From Pseudomonadota bacterium (GTDB taxonomy: Bacteria; Myxococcota_A; Polyangia; Polyangiales; Polyangiaceae), in contig JAFAER010000267.1 of the NCBI GenBank assembly GCA_023423895.1, positions 1 through 32,000 on the forward strand: DNA of 32,000 nucleotides, in the 5' to 3' direction. Below the pieces are notes generated by a model that made no database searches, was not told the origin of the DNA, and was given only the letters and a program-made list of their open reading frames with translations. Positions 8,267-13,205 of the stretch are shown here, in pieces; the first letter of the stretch is position 1, and each line of letters starts with the position of its first letter. The position numbers were made by a program, and so were the translations under genes.

Positions 8267-8337
8267 TGCAGCGGCTGGAGTCGCACCAGCGTCTCGAGCG
8301 TATGAAGCTCGCGGGGTGGCTCCTCCCCCACGCTGCG
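8267..8337 (-). tRNA. tRNA-Met(CAU) type with C1xA72 mismatch, G55 T-loop variant
   Basis: 5' strand CGCAGCG vs 3' strand CGCUGCA (C1/A72 unpaired, an initiator-like feature). D arm GGGG-AGGAGCCA-CCCC, anticodon arm CGAGC-UUCAUAC-GCUCG, T arm GCUGG-UGCGACU-CCAGC. CCA is encoded. Confidence 0.65.
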
Positions 8338-8382
8338 ATGACGCTCCGAAGCCGAGAGCAGTGCTCTCGGTCTCCAGAGGGC

Positions 8383-8453
8383 ACCTCCGCCGGGAGTCGA
8401 ACCCGGGAGAACGAGCTTCGGATGCTCGACCCTGATTCCGTCAGGACGAAGGT
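8383..8453 (-). tRNA. tRNA-Arg(CCG)
   Basis: Acceptor ACCUUCG/CGGAGGU (one G-U), anticodon arm CGAGC-AUCCGAA-GCUCG, T arm CCGGG-UUCGACU-CCCGG. Confidence 0.75.
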
Positions 8454-8484
8454 AGATGATGGAGACAGATGCTGAATGTTTGGC

Positions 8485-8555
8485 CTCCCCGCTAGGAATC
8501 GAACCTAGACAACCGGCTTCGTAGACCGATGCATGGAATCCACCACGACGAGGAG
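8485..8555 (-). tRNA. tRNA-Arg(ACG)
   Basis: Acceptor CUCCUCG/CGGGGAG, anticodon arm UCGGU-CUACGAA-GCCGG, T arm CUAGG-UUCGAUU-CCUAG. CCA is encoded. Confidence 0.75.
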
Positions 8556-8576
8556 AAACGAAAATCGAGCGACAGA

Positions 8577-8664
8577 GGAAGAAAGAGGTCTCGAACCCCA
8601 CACCCTCGGTGAAGGGTGCGCTTTGCTTTCGAAGCAAGCCTGGCTCCCAGCCAGTTTTTCTCCC
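8577..8664 (-). tRNA. tRNA-Ser(CGA), class II
   Basis: Acceptor GGGAGAA/UUCUUCC, D arm CUGG-CUGGGAG-CCAG, anticodon arm CUUGC-UUCGAAA-GCAAA, long variable hairpin CACCCU-UCACCG-AGGGUG, T-loop UUCGAGA. Confidence 0.7.
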
Positions 8665-8671
8665 GAGAAGT

Positions 8672-8743
8672 GGTCGGTGAGGGAATCGAACCCCCTACGC
8701 AGAGCTTTTCAAACTCCCGCTCTACCATTCGAGCTTACCGACC
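8672..8743 (-). tRNA. tRNA-Phe(GAA)
   Basis: Acceptor GGUCGGU/ACCGACC, D arm GCUC-GAAUGGUA-GAGC, anticodon arm GGAGU-UUGAAAA-GCUCU, T arm GGGGG-UUCGAUU-CCCUC. Confidence 0.9.
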
Positions 8744-8752
8744 CTGTGACAC

Positions 8753-8790
8753 CGTTGGCGCGTTGCGCCCCGTTGCGCCTCGTTGCGCGT
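8753..8790. repeat. four tandem copies of CGTTG(C/G)CG at 8-10-bp spacing in a tRNA spacer
   Basis: cgttggcg cgttgcgc cc cgttgcgc ct cgttgcgc, read directly between tRNA-Phe and tRNA-Ser(GGA). Confidence 0.7.
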
Positions 8791-8815
8791 CGCGGACACG
8801 TCAGGGCCGCGGAGA

Positions 8816-8902
8816 GGAAGGCAGAGGACTCGAACCCCACGCGGACGATGGCCGCGCGAATCGCGTTCCAGACGATCTCCGCCCCTGGCGGATTTGCCTT
8901 CC
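8816..8902 (-). tRNA. tRNA-Ser(GGA), class II
   Basis: Acceptor GGAAGGC/GCCUUCC, anticodon arm AUCGU-CUGGAAC-GCGAU, variable hairpin CGCGG..CCGCG, T-loop UUCGAGU. Confidence 0.75.
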
Positions 8903-8955
8903 GTGTTCGTGTATCGATTCGTTCGAGCTCGCACGGCGTGCGGAACGAGCGCGGT

Positions 8956-9029
8956 CAGGACGGCAGGATTCGAACCTGCGGTCTCCAGTCCCCCAGACTG
9001 GCGCTTTTGCCTGGCTAAGCTACGCCCTG
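8956..9029 (-). tRNA. tRNA-Pro(GGG)
   Basis: Acceptor CAGGGCG/CGUCCUG (C1-G72), D arm GCUU-AGCCAGGCAA-AAGC, anticodon arm CCAGU-CUGGGGG-ACUGG, T arm GCAGG-UUCGAAU-CCUGC. Confidence 0.85.
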
Positions 9030-9077
9030 AGATGCCGGCGCGTGACGGCTTCGTGAATGGGTGGATGTCGCGCGAGG

Positions 9078-9114
9078 CGAGAAGAATAGGAGGTCCAGTT
9101 TCACGTCTTGGACC
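9078..9114 (-). terminator. candidate intrinsic terminator after the HNH gene
   Basis: Minus-strand hairpin GGUCCA-(11 nt)-UGGACC followed by UCCUAUUCUUCU. A second 8-bp hairpin (GUCGUGGC/GCCACGAC) lies just upstream. Confidence 0.35.
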
Positions 9115-9170
9115 AGGACGCGGGAGCGTGTGTCGTGGCGCGGGCCACGACGCATCGATGCGTCGACGTC

Positions 9171-9773
9171 TCAGGCAGAGAGCGAAGCCGGCGCAGTGTA
9201 GCCGTCGCAGTACGGCTGCCAGACATCCGGCAGCTCACTCTCGTCGAGACGGATCGGCGGCACGACGGGCAGCGAGGTCGGCTTCTTCGGCTGCCGCAGC
9301 AGCTTCATGCCGGCCTGCTCAGGCGTGCGGCTCCCCTTGCGATCATTGCAGGCGTAGCAGGAGGTCACGATGTTCTCCCAGACGGTCTTGCCTCCCCGAA
9401 CACGCGGGATGACGTGGTCGTAGTTCAGTTGCTTCATCGGCTTCTTCTCGCCGCAGTACTGGCAACGGAACTTGTCCCGCGTGAACACGTTCAACCGGGA
9501 GAAGCGGACCGACTGCTTCGTCGACACCGACCCCTTCTTCAGGCGGACGACGGCGGGGGCGAGCATCGCGAAGCTCGGGGCGCGGAGCTCCGCGTCCCAG
9601 GTCTCGATGACTTCGACCTTGTCGAGGTAAGCCAGCACGACGGCGCGCTGCCAGGGAATGATCTTGTGAGGCGCCATCCAGGGGGTCAGCATCAGCGTTT
9701 GCATGGGGATCACCGTTTCTTTCTCGTTCTCACGGCTCGTTCTCCTTTCGGAGGTGTTGAAGGAGTCGTGCAC
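9171..9773 (-). CDS. HNH endonuclease (COG1403-like, ~180 aa class)
   Basis: CQYCG..(N)LNYDHVIPRVRGGKTVWENIVTSCYACNDRKG is a classic HNH/zinc-ribbon core. The N-terminal MQTLMLTPWMAPHKIIPWQRAV matches the usual start of this family, so ATG 9704 is the likelier start. Confidence 0.85.
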   Translation of the reverse strand: MHDSFNTSERRTSRENEKETVIPMQTLMLTPWMAPHKIIPWQRAVVLAYLDKVEVIETWDAELRAPSFAMLAPAVVRLKKGSVSTKQSVRFSRLNVFTRDKFRCQYCGEKKPMKQLNYDHVIPRVRGGKTVWENIVTSCYACNDRKGSRTPEQAGMKLLRQPKKPTSLPVVPPIRLDESELPDVWQPYCDGYTAPASLSA

Positions 9774-9847
9774 GATGCACGACGACAGAAGCGCAAAGGG
9801 ATGGACGTGTGACCGGACGCTGAGGCGGCGCGTGGATGGCGCGCAGT

Positions 9848-9931
9848 GTCACCGGAGGGAGTCGAACCCTCAAACTCCATGCGGAGCCCAGCATCTCGGG
9901 CTGGTGTGTATTCCAATTCCACCACAGTGAC
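9848..9931 (-). tRNA. tRNA-Leu(GAG), class II
   Basis: Acceptor GUCACUG/CGGUGAC, anticodon arm CCAGC-CCGAGAU-GCUGG (C33), variable hairpin CUCC-GCAU-GGAG, T arm GAGGG-UUCGACU-CCCUC. Confidence 0.75.
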
Positions 9932-9998
9932 GTATTCGCGTGACGTATCGCGTCCGGTCGCTCCCGGCGGATGGCCGAGGTGCGATGGGGACGTTGGT

Positions 9999-10073
9999 AC
10001 CGACGGAGGGATTCGAACCCTCACAACACACAGTTTCTGAGACTGCGGCCTCTACCAGTTGGGCCACGTCGGC
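9999..10073 (-). tRNA. class-I-sized tRNA-like gene with CAG (Leu-type) anticodon
   Basis: Acceptor GCCGACG/CGUCGGU, anticodon arm GCAGU-CUCAGAA-ACUGU, 7-nt variable region GUGUUGU (no long arm), T arm GAGGG-UUCGAAU-CCCUC. The D stem is imperfect. CCA is encoded. Confidence 0.5.
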
Positions 10074-10117
10074 TCGAGGCGTGCTCCGCGTCCGCTCGAG
10101 GCGTGCGCGTGCGTGGT

Positions 10118-10191
10118 CTGTGCAGGAGGATTCGAACCTCCAATCCCTCCGACCCGAACGGAGTGCTCTAGCCAGGTTGAGCCATGCACAG
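10118..10191 (-). tRNA. tRNA-Pro(CGG)
   Basis: Acceptor CUGUGCA/UGCACAG, D arm GCUC-AACCUGGCUA-GAGC, anticodon arm CUCCG-UUCGGGU-CGGAG, T arm GGAGG-UUCGAAU-CCUCC. CCA is encoded. Confidence 0.9.
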
Positions 10192-10233
10192 AGGACCAGC
10201 GAAGCCCGACGGGAGCTCGAGCGTGGCTGGGGT

Positions 10234-10303
10234 GGACAAGTCGGGAGTCGCACCCGATCCATCTGCTTGCAAGGCAGACGTCTCCCCTCGGAGACAAGCC
10301 CGT
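10234..10303 (-). tRNA. tRNA-Ala(UGC)-like element with no pairable acceptor stem
   Basis: Anticodon arm UCUGC-CUUGCAA-GCAGA and T arm UCGGG-UGCGACU-CCCGA are clear. The D region is a 6-bp hairpin GUCUCC-GAGG-GGAGAC. The two ends carry the same-sense GACAAG instead of complementary strands. The right boundary is approximate. Confidence 0.35.
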
Positions 10304-10354
10304 GATGATGATGACGGCGGTCCGTCGCTGGAATCGCAGCGGTCCGTGCCCGGT

Positions 10355-10426
10355 GCGGCGCGCAGGGATCGCACCTGCCTCCTCCTGCTCGTCATGCAGG
10401 CGCAGTCGCTAGACTGCCAGCGCCGC
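10355..10426 (-). tRNA. tRNA-Val(GAC), G55 T-loop variant
   Basis: Acceptor GCGGCGC/GCGCCGC, D arm GCAG-UCUAGCGA-CUGC, anticodon arm CCUGC-AUGACGA-GCAGG, T arm GCAGG-UGCGAUC-CCUGC. Confidence 0.8.
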
Positions 10427-10489
10427 TCTCGCTGTTCGACCCCAGGGTGCAAACGTGCACACGTTTGTACGTCTGTCCCTCGCGTCGGT

Positions 10490-10561
10490 GGATCACCTGC
10501 GAATCGAACGCAGTGCGGGCTCCTTATCAGAGAGTCCAGGGTGACCAACCCGTCGTGATCC
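10490..10561 (-). tRNA. tRNA-Ile(GAU)
   Basis: Acceptor GGAUCAC/GUGAUCC, anticodon loop CUGAUAA on stem CUCU/GGAG, T arm CUGCG-UUCGAUU-CGCAG. Confidence 0.7.
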
Positions 10562-10603
10562 CGTGCTCCGTAGAGCTCGCGTTGCTGCCCGAGCGACGCG
10601 GGA

Positions 10604-10671
10604 GAGCCGAGAGGGAGTTGAACCCTCGCGCACCGTGTTGCAGACGGCGATCCTCGCCGGAGAATCGGCTC
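10604..10671 (-). tRNA. tRNA-Cys(GCA)
   Basis: Acceptor GAGCCGA/UCGGCUC, short D arm, anticodon arm GCCGU-CUGCAAC-ACGGU, T arm GAGGG-UUCAACU-CCCUC. Confidence 0.7.
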
Positions 10672-10738
10672 GAAGAAGTGGGCGCAGTTCCTCGTGGGCC
10701 GACGTCACGTGAGCGTCGGCGGTGGGGGGCTGCGCGGA

Positions 10739-10808
10739 GCGGGCAGAGGGAGTCGCACCCTCATTGTCAGTTTGGAAGACTGCGGTCCTGCTGTTGGACG
10801 ATGCCCGC
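10739..10808 (-). tRNA. tRNA-Gly(UCC), G55 T-loop variant
   Basis: Acceptor GCGGGCA/UGCCCGC, D arm GUCC-AACAGCA-GGAC, anticodon loop CUUCCAA, T arm GAGGG-UGCGACU-CCCUC. Confidence 0.75.
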
Positions 10809-11241
10809 GAGTGGTGGTGGTGTGTGAATGGTGTGGCCGGAGATGGGGGAGCAAAAGTGGGGATGCGGTTCCGAAATCGCAAGTCTCGACGAAGGTGATG
10901 AAGACATGGTGCTCGGCGGCGGATCGCTGCCTCTGCACCGTCGGCACATTGGAGCCGCCCGTGAGGGCTGCTCCCGTTCGCCCCGCAATAGGGAAGTTCA
11001 CCGAAGTGGTCTCCCGAGAGCGCCCGGCTGGAGTCTGCGGGGCGCTCTCTGACTTCCCCTATGCCATCGCTAGATCGGTCGCCCGACCGTCGCTACCTTA
11101 GGACCGTTATAGTTACGGATGTAGTCCTCATCGGCATTCGAGACCGACGACGCTTGCTCGTGTCGTGTGAGATCCTTCTTGGTGTGCGGACGACGTCGCG
11201 TACGACGACGTCGTCGAAGTGAATGGATGAAGGTGGTTGGT
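10809..11241 (-). ncRNA. structured non-tRNA insert in the array (candidate ncRNA containing a 23S rRNA H69-H71-like segment)
   Basis: No tRNA fits. There is a three-way structure at 10988-11062: AUAGGGGAAGU/ACUUCCCUAU closing GAGAGCGCCC/GGGCGCUCUC and a CAC-UUCG-GUG hairpin. A T-arm-like hairpin UCGGU-CUCGAAU-GCCGA lies at 11131-11147, plus the rRNA-identical 29-mer. Orientation is assumed from the surrounding array. Confidence 0.4.
11090..11118 (-). other. 29-nt perfect copy of the conserved 23S rRNA helix 69/70 segment (contains the I-CeuI homing site)
   Basis: Minus strand reads CCGUAACUAUAACGGUCCUAAGGUAGCGA. From memory this is identical to E. coli 23S about 1908-1936 (H69 loop with U1911/1915/1917) and includes TAACTATAACGGTCCTAAGGTAGCGA. 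The downstream GUCGGG..GACC..GAUGGC loosely echoes H71. Confidence 0.75.
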
Positions 11242-11313
11242 GGAGCCGGCCGGACTCGCACCGGCAGCCTCCTCGATGCCATCGAGGCGCTCTCCTCGCT
11301 GAGCTACGGCCCC
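11242..11313 (-). tRNA. tRNA-Ala(GGC), G55 T-loop variant
   Basis: Acceptor GGGGCCG/CGGCUCC with G3-U70, D arm GCUC-AGCGAGGA-GAGC, anticodon arm CCUCG-AUGGCAU-CGAGG, T arm GCCGG-UGCGAGU-CCGGC. CCA is encoded. Confidence 0.8.
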
Positions 11314-11353
11314 GTTCGTTTCGTGGCGTGGTCTTACTGTTCTATGCGCGGGT

Positions 11354-11423
11354 GGAGCGACGGGGAATCGCACCCCGATCCCTGCAGTGCGAATGCAGCG
11401 TTCTCCTGTTGAACTATCGCCCC
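11354..11423 (-). tRNA. tRNA-Ala(CGC), G55 T-loop variant
   Basis: Acceptor GGGGCGA/UCGCUCC with G3-U70, D arm GUUC-AACAGGA-GAAC, anticodon arm CUGCA-UUCGCAC-UGCAG, T arm CGGGG-UGCGAUU-CCCCG. Confidence 0.8.
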
Positions 11424-11480
11424 GTGCCATGATCCGTTCGTCGACGGCGACACGACGTTCATGACGAGAATGGGAGGGGC

Positions 11481-11550
11481 AGGCCGCGAAGGAATCGAAC
11501 CCTCTCTCCGGGGGTTGGAATCCCGGCTGGTCGCCATGACTCTACGGCCT
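11481..11550 (-). tRNA. tRNA-Trp(CCA) (alternative reading Gly-UCC)
   Basis: Acceptor AGGCCGU/GCGGCCU with A1-U72 and G73. The best anticodon-arm fold is CGGGA-UUCCAAC-CCCCG (A31xC39). T arm GAGGG-UUCGAUU-CCUUC. Confidence 0.6.
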
Positions 11551-11595
11551 ATCTTGTGTGCGGGAACATGGGGATGGCGATCCCTCGACGTTGGC

Positions 11596-11666
11596 GACCC
11601 ATACCGAAATCGAATCGGTCTCACGCCGTAGACAGCGGCGCTGCGACACCAGTCGCATCATGGGCC
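11596..11666 (-). tRNA. tRNA-Asp(GUC)
   Basis: Acceptor GGCCCAU/AUGGGUC, anticodon arm CGCCG-CUGUCUA-CGGCG, T arm ACCGA-UUCGAUU-UCGGU. The D region is a GCGAC-UGGU-GUCGC hairpin. CCA is encoded. Confidence 0.75.
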
Positions 11667-11702
11667 AGAAGCTCTGGAACCTTGGTACTTCTTCTTGCGG
11701 GC

Positions 11703-11773
11703 GTCCCCGGCAGGAGTCGAACCTGCGTCGGCTGGTTTAGAAGACCAGCGCCTATCCGCTCGGCCACGAGGAC
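11703..11773 (-). tRNA. tRNA-Arg(UCU)
   Basis: Acceptor GUCCUCG/CGGGGAC, anticodon arm CUGGU-CUUCUAA-ACCAG, T arm GCAGG-UUCGACU-CCUGC. Close paralog of the next gene. Confidence 0.85.
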
Positions 11774-11810
11774 GTGCGGTCAGCGACGGCGGCCGAAGCG
11801 TGGTGTGGGC

Positions 11811-11881
11811 GTCCCCGGCAGGAATCGAACCTGCGTCGACCGGCTCAGGAGACCGGAGCCTGTCCGCTCGGCCACGAGGAC
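11811..11881 (-). tRNA. tRNA-Arg(CCU)
   Basis: Same acceptor and D arm as the previous gene. Anticodon arm CCGGU-CUCCUGA-GCCGG, T arm GCAGG-UUCGAUU-CCUGC. Confidence 0.85.
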
Positions 11882-11928
11882 CAGACCATGCGTTGACCGA
11901 GAGCCGAGCGAGGTGACGCGCGGCCGGG

Positions 11929-12000
11929 GTAGCGTACGGGAATCGCACCCGCCTCCACTGAGTCACAATCAGTCCTCGTCACTAGACGAGTAACGCTACC
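11929..12000 (-). tRNA. tRNA-His(GUG) with encoded G-1, G55 T-loop variant
   Basis: Acceptor GUAGCGU/ACGCUAC preceded by G(-1) opposite C73. D arm CUCG-UCUAGUGA-CGAG, anticodon arm ACUGA-UUGUGAC-UCAGU, T arm GCGGG-UGCGAUU-CCCGU. Confidence 0.85.
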
Positions 12001-12086
12001 GTGTATTCTTGTGCTCATCGAGGTTGTTCGTGTCAACCCGCCTTTGGAGCGAATCGTTCGCTTTCGATGATTGTCGATTGGTTGGT

Positions 12087-12157
12087 GCTCCCGATCGGAA
12101 TCGAACCGATACCTTCCGCTTGAAAGGCGGAGATCCTGACCACTAGATGACGGGAGC
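12087..12157 (-). tRNA. tRNA-Glu(UUC)
   Basis: Acceptor GCUCCCG/CGGGAGC, anticodon arm UCCGC-CUUUCAA-GCGGA, T arm AUCGG-UUCGAUU-CCGAU. CCA is encoded. Confidence 0.85.
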
Positions 12158-12407
12158 GAGGAATGAAGCGAGCCCCGGACGAGCCGAGGGATGTCGTCGC
12201 AGGCGCTCGCGCTTTCGGCTCGTTGGCCGAAGGGCGAGCTTCGGGCGGCACCGGTCACGCGCGAGCGAACGAGAGCGCGCGCCGGTACGGAAGAGGAGCG
12301 CCTCGTCGGACGCGGGCCCGCGAGGCGTGGAGCTCAGATGTGAGCTCGGCAAGCTCGCCGGCGTCGGGGAGAGGTGTGTGGGACCGACGCGCGAGCTGCT
12401 GGAGAGG

Positions 12408-12623
12408 TTTCTCACCCGAGTGAAAAAGCCTTTGGATTGAACCATCTTCAAGGATGAGGCCTTTACCAATTAGGCTATCGCTGCATTTGGTCCGGTCGTG
12501 ACCGGGCGCTCTCGTATGAGAGCCGACGATGGACGTCGCGGTGACGAGCACCGTGTGCAGCGAGTCGGATTCGAACCGACAATTTCTCGATTGCGTGTAG
12601 GGCATCTTCGGGCGGGTGAGAAA
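12408..12623 (-). ncRNA. circularly permuted tRNA-like RNA, unit 1 (YrlA/Y-RNA-like candidate)
   Basis: Minus strand read 5'->3'. Closing strand UUUCUCACCCG (12623-12613), CCC, helix-2 strand GAAGAUGCC, then CUACACGCAAU linker. T arm GUCGG-UUCGAAU-CCGAC (12580-12564), acceptor 3' strand UCGCUGC (12563-12557), and a 72-nt hairpin-rich cap. Acceptor 5' strand GCAGCGA (12484-12478), D arm GCC-UAAUUGGUAAA-GGC, hairpin UCAUC-CUUGAA-GAUGG. It ends GGCUUUUUC, ACU, closing strand CGGGUGAGAAA (12418-12408). Confidence 0.6.
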
Positions 12624-12726
12624 GATCGTGGGCGCTCGAGCCAAGCTCAGCGGAGCGGCGAGCGGCGAAGGCGAAGGCGAGCTCGGGACGATGACGGAGG
12701 AGCCCGCGTCCGAGCGCGGCGTGGGT

Positions 12727-12803
12727 CCCTCGTGATGGAATCGAACCACCTGCCGAAAGGCACCGGGTTACAGCCGGCTGCTCCGCCATGGAGCGAACGA
12801 GGG
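12727..12803 (-). tRNA. tRNA-Tyr(GUA), class II
   Basis: Acceptor CCCUCGU/ACGAGGG, D arm GCUC-CAUGGCG-GAGC, anticodon arm GCCGG-CUGUAAC-CCGGU, variable hairpin GCC-UUUC-GGC, T arm GGUGG-UUCGAUU-CCAUC. Confidence 0.85.
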
Positions 12804-12822
12804 AGGACGAGGGATGAGAGGG

Positions 12823-12989
12823 ATCACCCGAGTGGGAAAGCCGTCATTCGTCTGAAAGGACGAGCGCCTTGACCATTAGGCTACGCTGGAAGGAGTAGTA
12901 GCGCGTGGGCTCGAGCGAGCTCGAGGTTCCAGCGGTCGGAATCGAACCGACGTCTCTCATTGCGTGTAGGGCCTTCGCGGCCGGGTGAT
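12823..12989 (-). ncRNA. circularly permuted tRNA-like RNA, unit 2 (YrlA/Y-RNA-like candidate)
   Basis: Minus strand read 5'->3'. Closing AUCACCCG (12989-12982), GCCGC, GAAGGCC, CUACACGCAAU linker. T arm GUCGG-UUCGAUU-CCGAC (12951-12935), acceptor 3' strand CGCUGGA (12934-12928) followed by ACC, then a 37-nt cap with the CUCGAG-CUCG-CUCGAG hairpin. Acceptor 5' strand UCCAGCG (12890-12884), D arm GCC-UAAUGGUCAA-GGC, hairpin UCGUC-CUUUCA-GACGA. It ends GGCUUUC, CCACU, CGGGUGAU (12830-12823). Confidence 0.6.
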
Positions 12990-12992
12990 GGA

Positions 12993-13063
12993 GCCCACGT
13001 CCGGAATCGAACCGGATCCTCCCGTGTACGAGGCGGGCGCTCGGCCAGTCGAGCTGCGCGGGC
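12993..13063 (-). tRNA. tRNA-Thr(CGU)
   Basis: Acceptor GCCCGCG/CGUGGGC, D arm GCUC-GACUGGCC-GAGC, anticodon arm CCCGC-CUCGUAC-ACGGG (C31xA39), T arm UCCGG-UUCGAUU-CCGGA. CCA is encoded. Confidence 0.75.
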
Positions 13064-13205
13064 AAAAGGCCGTACGTCATCCCGGTACGGCGGACGGGCG
13101 AAGTGAAACCGCGAGGGTCCCACGGAAAAAGGTGCTCGCGGTGCGCGCGGCGCTCTCGAGAGGAGAGCGCGCACGCCGGCGCGCGCGGGGGAAAGTCGAG
13201 AGGAG

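Noticed and set aside
10809-11241. Group I intron or rrn operon remnant explaining the 23S-identical 29-mer
   Set aside because: I could not find P3/P7-type pairings, a G-binding site, or a LAGLIDADG ORF. Sequence outside the 29-mer does not read like 23S. This is left as an open check, not a call.
12008-12036. Sigma-70-type promoter: perfect TTGACA on the minus strand (12036-12031), 31 nt upstream of tRNA-His
   Set aside because: No acceptable -10 hexamer sits at 16-19 nt spacing (CACAAG at 17 nt; AAGAAT only at 20 nt), so the evidence is too weak for a feature call.
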